Origin: an uncultured Acidobacteriota bacterium
GTDB lineage: Bacteria; Acidobacteriota; Vicinamibacteria; Fen-336
Direction: 5' to 3'
DNA length: 64,000 nt
Assembly: GCA_963720545.1 (NCBI GenBank)
Contig: OY970399.1
Location: 2,784,001 to 2,848,000 of the forward strand
The stretch's first letter is position 1; each line of letters starts with the position of its first letter. Shown piece by piece: positions 21,456-32,932 of the stretch. The notes under the pieces are model-generated. The model was not told the DNA's origin, did not search any database, and saw only the letters and a program-made list of their open reading frames with translations. A program made the position numbers and the translations under genes.

Positions 21456-24400
21456 TTAATTATCATCATTCACGATCGTGCAGATGCCGCGGTTGTCGAG
21501 GATGGTGCCTCGGCTCGTGTGCAGCAGGCGCACGCTGAAGCGCTCGTCGCGCTCGGAGATGCGGTCGCCGATGACGGTCGCCGCCACTTCGGCAGAGATC
21601 TCGCCCGGCTGGATGACGACCGACCCCGACTTCGGGGCGTAGTCGTTGTTGGCGACGCGCGCGGTGCCGTCGGCCGTGTCGAACGAAACCGACACGGGCT
21701 TGTCCGAGATCGCGCTGAGCGAGACTGTGAACCGCGCCTTACGCGTGCCGCGGTTGCCCTCGGTGACCTCGACGTCGTTGACTGAGACCTGCGGAGCGGC
21801 GGTGCTGGCGCAGGCGTAGGCGCGGACGTCGGTGACATACCAGCCGATGGCGCCGGTGCCGCAATCGTTGCCGAGGTCGTAACGCAGCCGGATGGAATCA
21901 CCGGGCGCAGCGAGCCCGGTGAGATCCACGCGCGACGTGCCCCACGAACCCTTGTTGGAGCCCTGGTCGGCCCCGCTCCACGCCTCCTCACCGGCCATCG
22001 GGTTGCTGTTGCCGGCTCCTGCGAGAACCAGGTTGTAGGGGCTGTAAGTGAACGAACCGGATGGCACCACCTGCCACGGCCCGCCGTTCACGCTCAGCTT
22101 CAGGTTGCCGCCGTCGAAGCCGATCTCGGTGCTGACCCAGTGGTCGAATGAAACCAGCGGCGCGCTGACGCCGTTGGGCAGCTTGATCGCCGGACTCGTC
22201 AGGTGCAGCACCCCCGACTCGTCGCCGCCGGGCAGGCATGTGCCGATGCTCGGATTGGGAGCGAACATCGCCGAGCCTGCGCGATGGTCGGGCAGCGACG
22301 ACACCACCTGCCAGTCGCGGTCGGTGAAGTCGGCCGGAGTGACCGCGGTGTGGTTGGTGACCCAGCGCGTGCCGCCCGTGTTGAAGCGGTCGCGCAGCAG
22401 GTTGATCGGCGCATTGCCCGCGGGGCAGAAGGGCGGCGGATCGTCGCCGAGGAGCGGCTCGAACCCGCACTGCGCCGGCGGTGTACGCAGCTCGACCGCC
22501 GCGATCGCCTTGGTCACCTGGTTGCAATCGGCGGCGTTCAGCACCTGGCCGGACGGGGCGCCGGTGGCGAGGTCGGGCAGGTCCTGGCCGATGAGGTCGG
22601 CGCACGACTGCTCGAGCCCGTCGGCATGGTCGGAGAAGTCCGACGCGGGGCCGAGGTAGGTGCTCTGGTTGCGGAAGTGGATCTGCGCGGCCTTGGTCAC
22701 GCCGAGGGCGGCGATCGTCTGGCCGTTGTAATGGCCGCCGTCCACCAGCAGCGCATAGAGGTGGTTGGGCACGCCCGAGTTCTCGTGTACACCGCCCTGG
22801 TCGCCGGCCGAGCACCAGTATTCGTTGTCGCTAACCTTGCCGGGGTTGGCGTTGCAGGTCGGGTTCCACATGTCGCGCCCGGCACCGCCCGGCACCTCCT
22901 CGCCGATCAGCCAGCGATACGAATCCTCGAGACCGACCGGGACCGCGAGCCGCAGCGTCGCGTTGACGGTGCCGCCGAGTTCACCGCGCACCGCCTGCGC
23001 CGCCGGGAACTGCACGTTGAGCGACGGGATGGTGACGGTAGGATCGACGCCGGACATGCCGCCCGTGGGAATGCTGGTGGCGACGTCGCCGACGATCGCC
23101 GCGACCGCGCCATTGAGCTGCGCGTTGCGCACCTTGGTGATGAAGTCGCAGGTGCCGCGATCGATGAAAGCGATCTTGCCGGCAACCGCTGCCGCGTTGG
23201 CGAACGGCGACTCGCAGCCGTCGTTGACCGACGCGCCCGCGCCGTCGTTTACCCGGACCACGTCACCGGTGATACCCGCACCCGTGAGCGGCGCGCCGAA
23301 CGAAGCGCCCACGGCTTGATAGTCGCCGGCGATCGCAGCTGGCGAATTGACGCGCAGCGAGGGCGGGAACGGGGTGAACGAGCTGCAACTGCCGTCGCTG
23401 CGCTCGCCGCCCGGCTCATCGAGGCCGCGGCCGTTCATCTGGTCGACGGTCTCGCCCCAGATGTCCGAGTACGACTCGTTGAGCGCGCCGGACTGCCACT
23501 GGTAGATGAGGTTGTTGGTGAACTGGGTGTAGGCGTGGCCCCACTCGTGGCTGGTGATGTCGTCCGTGGTGAAGCCCGGGCAGAAGGAGATGAAGGTACC
23601 GTTCCACGACGCGTTCGGGCACTGGTAGCCGCGGTTGAAGATCATGTCCATCTTCGCGCCGTTGCCGTCGATCGAGTCGCGGCCGAATGCCTTCAGGAAG
23701 AAGTCGTACGTCTCTTGCGACGAGACGATCATGTTGTCGGCCTCGACCGTGCCGGTGGGGAAGGCATCGCCCTCGACCCAGAACGGCGTATCGGGATAGG
23801 CGGGCGGCACGTTCGGCAGGTTGGCGCCGTCGTAGGCGCGGCGGAACAGGTCGTCCGCGATACCTGCGATCTGGTCGATGAACTTGCCGGTATTGGCGTC
23901 CATGTAGACGAACTCGCGCACCGCCTTGCCGTCGCCCACCTCGATCTCCCAGGCGAGCCTGTTGGCGCCGGGACGGCCGCGCAACAGGCCCTCGCGGAAC
24001 ACCACCAGGCGGTGGCCGCGTGCCGTCAGGTCCGCGCCGGCCTTGTCGGTGCGCACCTTCGACACCGCGATCGCCGCGGCCTTGTCCCAGGCCTTCGCGG
24101 GCGCGGTCGCGAGCGTGAGGTCGGGAACGAACACGCCGCTTGCGGCATTGACGCTGCCGCCGCGCGAGTGCACCCGCACCTCCGCGCCGAACACCGGCAC
24201 GCCGTTGTGCACCTGGCGATAGACGACGTGCTGCGCGCCGAGCTTGTCCGAATAGGAGCGCACCATGCTCAGTTCGCTCGCGGCATCGCGCACGCCGAAC
24301 AGGCCGCCGTAGTCGCGGAAGAACGCGGCCGCCGCTTGCTCGCCGGTGGCCGCAACCGGGGCTGCCTTCGCCTGGGCTGCGGTCGAAGGCGCGAGGCGCA

Positions 24401-24572
24401 CGAAGCGCGCGGTGCCGGTGGCGGCGTTGAAGCTGATGCGCGCCGTGTTGCCGGTGTCGGCCTTGAGCCGCGCGGCGGCGGCCGCGGCGGCCTTGTTGCT
24501 GTCGGCCGCGGACGCCAGCGGCGCCAGTGCCACGAGCAGCATAGGAAGACTGCAAAGGCTGTTTCGTTTCAT
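21456..24572 (-). CDS. Secreted M4 metalloprotease with propeptide, PA domain and C-terminal Calx-beta-like domain (intact paralogue)
   Basis: Signal peptide; NASWN, HEWGH, SGALNESYSD; PA motif AGKIAFIDRGTCDF..KV.NAQ.NGA; GGVHENSGVPNH; VSFDTADGTA...DYAPKSG. ATG 24572 (or GTG 24578) after AGGAG. Confidence 0.93.
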   Translation of the reverse strand: MKRNSLCSLPMLLVALAPLASAADSNKAAAAAAARLKADTGNTARISFNAATGTARFVRLAPSTAAQAKAAPVAATGEQAAAAFFRDYGGLFGVRDAASELSMVRSYSDKLGAQHVVYRQVHNGVPVFGAEVRVHSRGGSVNAASGVFVPDLTLATAPAKAWDKAAAIAVSKVRTDKAGADLTARGHRLVVFREGLLRGRPGANRLAWEIEVGDGKAVREFVYMDANTGKFIDQIAGIADDLFRRAYDGANLPNVPPAYPDTPFWVEGDAFPTGTVEADNMIVSSQETYDFFLKAFGRDSIDGNGAKMDMIFNRGYQCPNASWNGTFISFCPGFTTDDITSHEWGHAYTQFTNNLIYQWQSGALNESYSDIWGETVDQMNGRGLDEPGGERSDGSCSSFTPFPPSLRVNSPAAIAGDYQAVGASFGAPLTGAGITGDVVRVNDGAGASVNDGCESPFANAAAVAGKIAFIDRGTCDFITKVRNAQLNGAVAAIVGDVATSIPTGGMSGVDPTVTIPSLNVQFPAAQAVRGELGGTVNATLRLAVPVGLEDSYRWLIGEEVPGGAGRDMWNPTCNANPGKVSDNEYWCSAGDQGGVHENSGVPNHLYALLVDGGHYNGQTIAALGVTKAAQIHFRNQSTYLGPASDFSDHADGLEQSCADLIGQDLPDLATGAPSGQVLNAADCNQVTKAIAAVELRTPPAQCGFEPLLGDDPPPFCPAGNAPINLLRDRFNTGGTRWVTNHTAVTPADFTDRDWQVVSSLPDHRAGSAMFAPNPSIGTCLPGGDESGVLHLTSPAIKLPNGVSAPLVSFDHWVSTEIGFDGGNLKLSVNGGPWQVVPSGSFTYSPYNLVLAGAGNSNPMAGEEAWSGADQGSNKGSWGTSRVDLTGLAAPGDSIRLRYDLGNDCGTGAIGWYVTDVRAYACASTAAPQVSVNDVEVTEGNRGTRKARFTVSLSAISDKPVSVSFDTADGTARVANNDYAPKSGSVVIQPGEISAEVAATVIGDRISERDERFSVRLLHTSRGTILDNRGICTIVNDDN

Positions 24573-24631
24573 GGGCACACGTCTCCTAAGTTCAAATAAA
24601 TGAGCATCTTGCAGGCGAAGGGAGCGAGCGG

Positions 24632-24660
24632 AGCGTATGAAACGCCGTCCAGCGAGTCAA
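24632..24660 (-). promoter_or_regulatory. Sigma70-type promoter for M4 gene 2
   Basis: TTGACT (24660-24655) - 17 nt - TACGCT (24637-24632). Confidence 0.6.
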
Positions 24661-24680
24661 GGCTTTAATGAAGATGCGGA

Positions 24681-24689
24681 TGCTACGAT
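24681..24689 (+). promoter_or_regulatory. Extended -10 (TGcTACGAT) 6 nt before the rlmN ATG: leaderless-type
   Basis: Motif and spacing; no Shine-Dalgarno. Confidence 0.6.
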
Positions 24690-24695
24690 CCCTCC

Positions 24696-25781
24696 ATGGA
24701 CAACCTTTTCGGCCTCGATCGCGCGGCGCTCGGCGCGGTCCTCGAAGCCGCGGGAGCGCGTCCATTCCACGCCGGCCAGGCTTACTCGTGGCTCTACGCG
24801 AAGCGGGTGCGTTCGCTCGGCGCGATGACGACGCTCGACAAGGCGGTGCGCGCCAGGCTCGCCGCGACCCATGGCGTCGAGTGGCCGGCGGTCGCCGAGA
24901 AGCAGCGCTCGACGGACGGCACCATCAAGTACCTGTTCGCCCTCGCCGACGGCCCGACGATCGAGGCGGTCTACATCCCCGAGCTGCGCCGCCGCACCAT
25001 GTGCATCTCGACGCAGGCGGGCTGCCCGTTGAAATGTGCCTTCTGCCTCACCGGCATCTCCGGCTACAAGCGCAACCTCAAGGTGGGCGAGATCCTCGGC
25101 CAGGTGGCGACACTGATGGCGGACTCGCCGGCTCGCGACCAGCCCTGGAACATCGTGTTCATGGGCATGGGCGAACCGCTCCTCAACATCGACGCGACGC
25201 TGCGCAGCCTGCGGATCCTCATGGACCCCGAAGGCTTCGCGGTGGCGCCGCGCCGCATCACACTCTCGACCGTCGGTATCCTGCCGGCGCTCGAGAAGCT
25301 GATGGCGGAGCCGGTGCGCCCCAACCTCGCGATCAGCCTGCACGCGCCGAACGCGGCGCTGCGCCGCGAGCTGATGCCGATCGAGGACAAGTATTCGCTC
25401 GCCGACGTGATCGCGGCCGCCGCGCGCTACCGTGCGCCCGGCTCGGGCGCCGTGACCTATGAATACGTGCTGCTGCGCGGAGTCAACGACTCGGTCGCGC
25501 ACGCCCGCGAGCTGGCGCGCCTGCTGACGCGCTCGAACCATCGCTGCAAGGTGAACCTGATCCCGCTGAACGCGGCGCGCGACATCCCGTTTGCCGCGCC
25601 GCTGCGGCGCTCGGTCGAGGCCTTCAGCGAGGTGCTGCTGCGTTCGAAGATCCCGGTGTCGGTGCGCAAGCCGCGCGGCCAGGACATCCTGGCGGCCTGC
25701 GGCCAGCTGCATTTCGAGAAGCCGCAGGGCGGCTCGGCCGCGTCCGCAGCCGGCGCCGCCGCAGCGGCGACCGCCCTCTAG
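24696..25781 (+). CDS. rlmN: Dual-specificity 23S rRNA A2503/tRNA A37 C2-methyltransferase (radical SAM)
   Basis: DGTIKYL, CISTQAGCPLKCAFC, MGMGEP, SLHA, EYVLL.GVND, AACGQL. Confidence 0.97.
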   Translation: MDNLFGLDRAALGAVLEAAGARPFHAGQAYSWLYAKRVRSLGAMTTLDKAVRARLAATHGVEWPAVAEKQRSTDGTIKYLFALADGPTIEAVYIPELRRRTMCISTQAGCPLKCAFCLTGISGYKRNLKVGEILGQVATLMADSPARDQPWNIVFMGMGEPLLNIDATLRSLRILMDPEGFAVAPRRITLSTVGILPALEKLMAEPVRPNLAISLHAPNAALRRELMPIEDKYSLADVIAAAARYRAPGSGAVTYEYVLLRGVNDSVAHARELARLLTRSNHRCKVNLIPLNAARDIPFAAPLRRSVEAFSEVLLRSKIPVSVRKPRGQDILAACGQLHFEKPQGGSAASAAGAAAAATAL

Positions 25782-25796
25782 GGCCGCGCGCCACTC

Positions 25797-27551
25797 GTGA
25801 ACACCCGCCGCACGTCCCTCGCCAGCGGCGCCTTGCTGGCTGCCGCGTTCCTGCTGTTGGTGCTGCCGCGGCTGGGCCTGGTGCCGATCGAGCGCGCGGA
25901 GATCTACTTCCTCGACGCGGCACGCACCATGGCCGAGGGCGGCGATTGGCTGGCGCCGCGCTACCAGGGTCAGGCCTTCTACGACAAGCCCGCGCTCTCC
26001 TACTGGCTGATGGCCGGCGCCTTCAGGATCTTCGGCGTCTCGCTCGGCCCGGCGCGCGCTGTCTCCGCGCTGGCAGCGGCCGGCTGTCTCGCTCTCACGA
26101 TGACGCTTGGCACGCTCTTCTTCTCGCGGCGCGCCGGGCTCGCCGCCGCGGCCGTTCTTGCCACCACCTTCGGCTTCCTGTCGTTCGCGCGCCTCGCGAT
26201 GTCCGACATGCTGCTGTGTTTCTTCGTGCTGGCGGCGGCCACCTGCGGGGCCGCATGGCTTTCACGGCCCCAGTCGCGCTGGTGGCTCAGTCCAGCCCTG
26301 GGCGCCGCGCTCGGCCTCGCGTTCCTCGCCAAGGGTCCGGTGGCCGTGGTGTTCGCGGGCTGCGCGCTCGCCGTGTTCGCCTGGCAAAAGCGCGCCGCGG
26401 TGCGCGAGGCGCTTCCGGCGCACCTGCTCGTGTCGGCCGTGGTGTTCGCGCTCGTCGGCTCGAGCTGGTTCGTGGCCTTGTGGTGGCGTGAAGGCTGGGA
26501 GCCGCTGCGGCATTTCTTCCTGCAGGAAAACCTCGAGCGCTTCGCGGGCGAACGCTACGACGCCGAGCGCGGCCCGTTCTTCTACCTGCTGACCTATCTC
26601 GCCGAAGGACTGCCGTGGTCGCCGTTCCTCGCGATCGCCCTGGTCGCGCTGGTCCGCGAAACGCCTTCCGTGGCGCGCCGGTCTGCTCTCGGCCTCATGG
26701 TCTGGAGCGCGCTGATGCTGGTGCCGCTCAGCGTGTCGCGCGGCAAGATCGACTACTACCTGTTGCCGCTCTATCCGGCCGCGAGCCTGGTGATCGGCAG
26801 GTTCCTCGCGTCCCAATGGCCGTCGGCCGCGGCGGCGTGGGTGCGCGCCGCGCTCGCGGCGCTCGGCCTGCTGTTCGCCGGCTTCGCGTTCGTGCCGCTG
26901 CGCATGCCGCCGGCGTGGCAGCCCCAGGGGCCGGCGCGCTTCGCGCTCGCGGCCGCGGCGCTCGCCGGCGCCGTGCTCCTCGGTGTCGCCGCATGGCGCG
27001 CCCGACGGCAGGCCGGCTGGGCGACCTTTGCCCCGGCAGCGGCCGCCGCGCTGGTGTTCGCGGCCTTCGCGCAGACCACGATCCCGGCGTTTCGCGGCGC
27101 CCAGCCGCAGCACGTAGCCGTCGCCGACATCGCGCGCGAGCTGCGCTACCGCAAGGACGCGCGCATCGTCTACTGCAGCGACCCCGCGCGCCTCGAGCGC
27201 GACGTGCTGTTCGAGGTGCGCCTCGTGATGGCCCAGCGCTGCGACCTGCTGCTGGCGGCCTCTTCCACGCAGCCGCAGCTCTTCGTCCTCGACCCCGGCG
27301 AGCGCGAGTTCCTGGCCGCGGTCCCGGCCCTGCGCGACGTCGCGGAGTACCCGGTGCTGCCGGCGACCATCGCCACCCTCGATGGCCTCATCGCCGGGGT
27401 GGCGCCGTCCCGTATCATCCTGGCAGCGAACTATGAGACCGACGACCCGGTTGCCGAACGCAAGTGGCGCCGCGAGCGCAAGCAGGCGATCCGCGCGGAG
27501 CAGCAGGCCGCGGAGCGGCCGCACCGCAAGCGGCACCGGCGCAAGCCATAG
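25797..27551 (+). CDS. ArnT/PMT-family membrane glycosyltransferase
   Basis: E..F...AR.M..GGDWL.P, DKPAL.YW, R....D, LAFLAKGP, YYLLPLYPA; many TM helices. Confidence 0.85.
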   Translation: MNTRRTSLASGALLAAAFLLLVLPRLGLVPIERAEIYFLDAARTMAEGGDWLAPRYQGQAFYDKPALSYWLMAGAFRIFGVSLGPARAVSALAAAGCLALTMTLGTLFFSRRAGLAAAAVLATTFGFLSFARLAMSDMLLCFFVLAAATCGAAWLSRPQSRWWLSPALGAALGLAFLAKGPVAVVFAGCALAVFAWQKRAAVREALPAHLLVSAVVFALVGSSWFVALWWREGWEPLRHFFLQENLERFAGERYDAERGPFFYLLTYLAEGLPWSPFLAIALVALVRETPSVARRSALGLMVWSALMLVPLSVSRGKIDYYLLPLYPAASLVIGRFLASQWPSAAAAWVRAALAALGLLFAGFAFVPLRMPPAWQPQGPARFALAAAALAGAVLLGVAAWRARRQAGWATFAPAAAAALVFAAFAQTTIPAFRGAQPQHVAVADIARELRYRKDARIVYCSDPARLERDVLFEVRLVMAQRCDLLLAASSTQPQLFVLDPGEREFLAAVPALRDVAEYPVLPATIATLDGLIAGVAPSRIILAANYETDDPVAERKWRRERKQAIRAEQQAAERPHRKRHRRKP

Positions 27552-27572
27552 TAAAGTGGCTGTTCCTTTCAC

Positions 27573-27649
27573 GGCGGTGTAGCTCAGTTGGTTAGAGCAC
27601 GCGGCTCATATCCGCGGAGTCCGGGGTTCAAGTCCCTGCACCGCCACCA
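27573..27649 (+). tRNA. tRNA with CAU anticodon, most likely elongator tRNA-Met
   Basis: Acceptor GGCGGTG/CACCGCC, D-arm GCTC/GAGC, anticodon arm CGCGG-CTCATAT-CCGCG, T-loop TTCAAGT, encoded CCA. G1-C72 argues against initiator; G4/G5 and U38 argue against Ile2. Confidence 0.95.
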
Positions 27650-27659
27650 TTCCTCTCCC

Positions 27660-28685
27660 TTGGTTCCGGCGGCGCGCCCGCGCAGCCCCGTGGTCGCCGC
27701 CATCCGGCGCGCGCTGCGCCTGGCCGGCATCCGCGACTGCACGGTGATCGTCGGGTTGTCGGGCGGCCCCGATTCGGTCGCGCTCCTCGACGCACTCGTG
27801 GCGGTCGCCGACGAGCGCGAGATTGCGGTGCACGCCGCGCACCTCGACCATCGCCTGCGGCCCGAGGCGACGCAGGACGCCGCCTTCTGCGCGCGGCTGT
27901 GCGCGCAACTCGGCGTGCCGCTGCACACCGCGAGCGCCGACGTCGCGGCGCGGGCGGCGCGCGACCGGCGAGGAATCGAGGCGGCAGCGAGGCGCGAGCG
28001 CTATGCGTTCCTGCGCCGCGCCGCCGCCGAATGCAGCGCGCGCTTCGTGCTCGTCGGCCACAACCAGGACGACCAGGCGGAAACGCTGTTGCTGCGCCTG
28101 CTGCGCGGCGCGGGCAGCCGCGGCCTCGGCGCCATGCGCCCGCGCCGGGGGATGATCGTCCGCCCGCTGCTCGACGTGTCGCGCGCGCAGATCCTCGCGC
28201 ACCTGGAAATGCGCGCGCAGGACTTCGTCCTCGATCCGTCGAACGCAGACGCCGCGTTTACCCGCAACCGGGTGCGCCACGAGGTGCTGCCGGCGCTCGC
28301 GCGGCTCAACCCGCGGATCGCCGCCAGCCTGGCGCGCACCGCCCGGCTCCTGGCACGCGATGAACGAGCGCTGCAGGGAATCGCGCGCGTGGCAGCAGGG
28401 CAGTGGCGGCGGTCCGCGGCCGGTGGGATCGAAATGCCCGTGGCGCTGCTGCGCAGCCTGCCCCCCGCGGTCGCCTCGCGGGTGCTCCTGGCCGGGCTGC
28501 GGCTCACGGGCGGGCGGCGCAACGTCTCTGCGCTGCACGTCGATGCCCTGCTGCGCCTCTGCCGAAAGCGCTCCGGCAAGGGCCGTCGGCTGGAGCTGCC
28601 CGGGGGCAGGGCGGCAGCGCTCGTCCGCGGCCACTTGACCCTCGGCTCTGCTAGCATCCGCGCCGAGGGCGACCCCGACCAATGA
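27660..28685 (+). CDS. tilS: tRNA(Ile)-lysidine synthase
   Basis: SGGPDS, HLDH.LR, EAAARRERY, GHNQDDQAET, RPLL, DPSN, RNRVR. Start uncertain (TTG 27660 or GTG 27690). Confidence 0.95.
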   Translation: MVPAARPRSPVVAAIRRALRLAGIRDCTVIVGLSGGPDSVALLDALVAVADEREIAVHAAHLDHRLRPEATQDAAFCARLCAQLGVPLHTASADVAARAARDRRGIEAAARRERYAFLRRAAAECSARFVLVGHNQDDQAETLLLRLLRGAGSRGLGAMRPRRGMIVRPLLDVSRAQILAHLEMRAQDFVLDPSNADAAFTRNRVRHEVLPALARLNPRIAASLARTARLLARDERALQGIARVAAGQWRRSAAGGIEMPVALLRSLPPAVASRVLLAGLRLTGGRRNVSALHVDALLRLCRKRSGKGRRLELPGGRAAALVRGHLTLGSASIRAEGDPDQ

Positions 28686-29254
28686 GCCCAGCGCCGAAGG
28701 TCGTTTTCGACGAAGCGACCATCACGGAACGTGTCGAGAGCCTGGGCGCCGATATCTCTTCGGCCTACCCCGGCGGCCGCCTCGGTGTCGTTTCCCTCGT
28801 CTCGGGCGCCCTGGTCTTCACCGCCGACCTGGTGCGCGCCATCGACCTCGACGTGGACCTGCACGTCCTGCGGGTGAGCTCGGCTCCGGAACAACCGCAC
28901 GGGCCGATGCGTACCGATATCATGTACGCGGGTCATATTCCCTACGAAGGGCGGGAGATCCTGGTGGTTTGCGACCTGATCTCCACCGGGGTGACACTCA
29001 CGTTCCTGGTCGAACACATCCGCGGACGCAACCCGCGGAGCGTGCGGATTTGCACGCTTCTCGATCGGCCGGATGAGCGTAAGATCGATCTCAGGCCCGA
29101 TTGGGCGGCTTTCAGCCTCAAGGAAGGCGTTCACGGGTTCATGGTGGGATACGGCCTGGGCCATGACGGCCGCTACTGCGGCTTGCGGTACCTCGCTGAA
29201 ATCCCGCACCCTCCCCGAGCAACGGACCGGCAAAAAGCGGTGTCCAAGGGCTAG
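28682..29254 (+). CDS. hpt: Hypoxanthine phosphoribosyltransferase-like protein with degenerate active site
   Basis: HPRT scaffold (GALVFTADL, ICTLLD.P, FMVGYGL) and tilS-hpt-ftsH synteny; ATGA overlap with tilS; catalytic motifs altered. Confidence 0.8.
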   Translation: MSPAPKVVFDEATITERVESLGADISSAYPGGRLGVVSLVSGALVFTADLVRAIDLDVDLHVLRVSSAPEQPHGPMRTDIMYAGHIPYEGREILVVCDLISTGVTLTFLVEHIRGRNPRSVRICTLLDRPDERKIDLRPDWAAFSLKEGVHGFMVGYGLGHDGRYCGLRYLAEIPHPPRATDRQKAVSKG

Positions 29255-29295
29255 GGGACGCTCGTGACGTCGTACTGGAGGCGTAGACTTATATC

Positions 29296-31226
<1,931 letters not shown>

Positions 31227-31230
<4 letters not shown>

Positions 31231-32093
31231 TCGCGGCGACGCGGCGCAGGCACCGGATCCGCCTGCGCGGCGCCTGGCACGACCTGGGCGCCGAAACCTG
31301 GGTGATGGGGGTGATCAACACCACCCCCGATTCGTTCTCGGACGGTGGCCTGCACCTGCGCGCCGCCGACGCGATCGCGGCCGGCGAGGCGATGGCCCTG
31401 GCTGGCGCCCGCATCCTCGACATCGGCGGCGAATCGACGCGCCCTGGCGGCGCCGCCCGCGTGAGCGCTGCCGAAGAAGCAGACCGCGTGCTGCCGGTCG
31501 TCGCAGCCCTGCGCGCTCGCAGCGGGGCGTTTCTCTCGATCGACACCACCCGGTCCGAGGTCGCCGAGGCGGCGCTCGCCGCCGGCGCCGACATCGTCAA
31601 CGACATCAGCGGCCTCACTTTCGACCTGCGCCTGGGCGAAGTCGCGGCACGCCGCGGCGCGCCGATCGTCCTCATGCACCTGCGCGGCAGCTTCGACACG
31701 ATGCACCGCGCACCGCACTACGGGAGCGTGCTGGCGGAAGTGGCGAGCGAGCTGCGCGCGGCGCAGGAGCGCGCGCACGCCTGTGGCATCGCCGCGGACA
31801 TGGTCCTGCTCGACCCCGGCATCGGCTTCGCCAAGGACGCGGCGCATAGCCTCGAGGTGCTGCGCGAGCTGCCCGCCTACCAGTCGCTCGACCGTCCGCT
31901 GGTCGTCGGAGTGTCGCGCAAGAGTTTCCTCGGCAAGGTGCTCGACCTGCCGGCGGGCGAGCGGCTGCACGGCACCTCGGCGGCGGTCGCCGCCAGCATC
32001 CTCGGCGGCGCGCACGTGGTGCGCGTGCACGACGTCGCCGCCATGATCCAGGTCGCGCGGGTCTGCGACGCGATTGCAGGTGGACTAGGATAG
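31227..32093 (+). CDS. folP: Dihydropteroate synthase
   Basis: [43 protein letters not shown]. Start either CTG 31227 (CTGA overlap with ftsH) or GTG/ATG 31302/31305. Confidence 0.95.
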
Positions 32094-32107
32094 CGGCGGG
32101 GGGAACA

Positions 32108-32932
32108 GTGTTCGTCGACCACATCTTCACGACACTGCGGGCCATCGACGTTTCGTGGCTCGACCTCATCGACGTGCTGGTGGTCGCGTTCATCGTCTAC
32201 CAGGTGCTGCAGCTGGTGCGCGGCACGCAGGTGGTGCAGATGGCGCTCGGCGGCTTCCTGCTGGCGATGCTCTACTGGGCGTCCAAGGCGTTCGACCTGC
32301 AGACCGTCAACTGGCTGATCCGCACCTTCGTGCCGTACGTCGCCTTCGGCTTGATCGTGGTGTTCCAGTCGGAGATCCGGCGCATGCTGGCGCACCTCGG
32401 CACCGGCCCGATCCGCGGCCTCGGTTCGCCGCGCCGCGCGGCCGCCGTGGACGAAGTGGTGCTGGCGGCCGCGCGCCTCAGCGCGCAGCGCACCGGCGCC
32501 CTCATCGTCTTCGAGCGCAACATGGGCCTGCGCAGCTACATCGACACCGGCATCGGCCTCGACGCGCTCGTCACTTACGACCTGATCGTCAACATCTTCA
32601 ACCCCGGCACGCCGCTGCACGACGGCGCCGTGATCGTGCAGTCGAACCGCATCGCCGCGGCCGCCTGCTTCCTGCCGCTCACCGTCAACCCCGAGCTGTC
32701 GCGCACTCTCGGCAGCCGCCACCGCGCCGCCATCGGCGTCACCGAGGACACGGACGCCGCCGCGGTGGTGGTGTCGGAGGAGACGGGCGCCATTTCGCTC
32801 GTCGAAGGCGGTCGCATCCGCAGCGGCCTCGACGGCGCCGCGCTGAAGGCCGGGCTGCGCGGGCTGCTCGAACCGGAAGCCTCGCGGCAGGGCGAGGTGC
32901 CGGCGCCCGAGAACGCAGCGGCGCGGCCTTGA
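32108..32932 (+). CDS. cdaA: Diadenylate cyclase CdaA/DacA
   Basis: Three N-terminal TM helices, FQSEIRR, PLHDGA, GSRHRAA, VSEETG. Confidence 0.95.
   Translation: MFVDHIFTTLRAIDVSWLDLIDVLVVAFIVYQVLQLVRGTQVVQMALGGFLLAMLYWASKAFDLQTVNWLIRTFVPYVAFGLIVVFQSEIRRMLAHLGTGPIRGLGSPRRAAAVDEVVLAAARLSAQRTGALIVFERNMGLRSYIDTGIGLDALVTYDLIVNIFNPGTPLHDGAVIVQSNRIAAAACFLPLTVNPELSRTLGSRHRAAIGVTEDTDAAAVVVSEETGAISLVEGGRIRSGLDGAALKAGLRGLLEPEASRQGEVPAPENAAARP

Noticed and set aside
27573..27649. tRNA as an integration site, or as initiator tRNA
   Set aside because: No integrase or duplicated 3' end seen and tilS follows immediately; G1-C72 pairing argues against initiator
27588..27659. ORF-track start of tilS at 27588
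   Set aside because: Falls inside the tRNA gene
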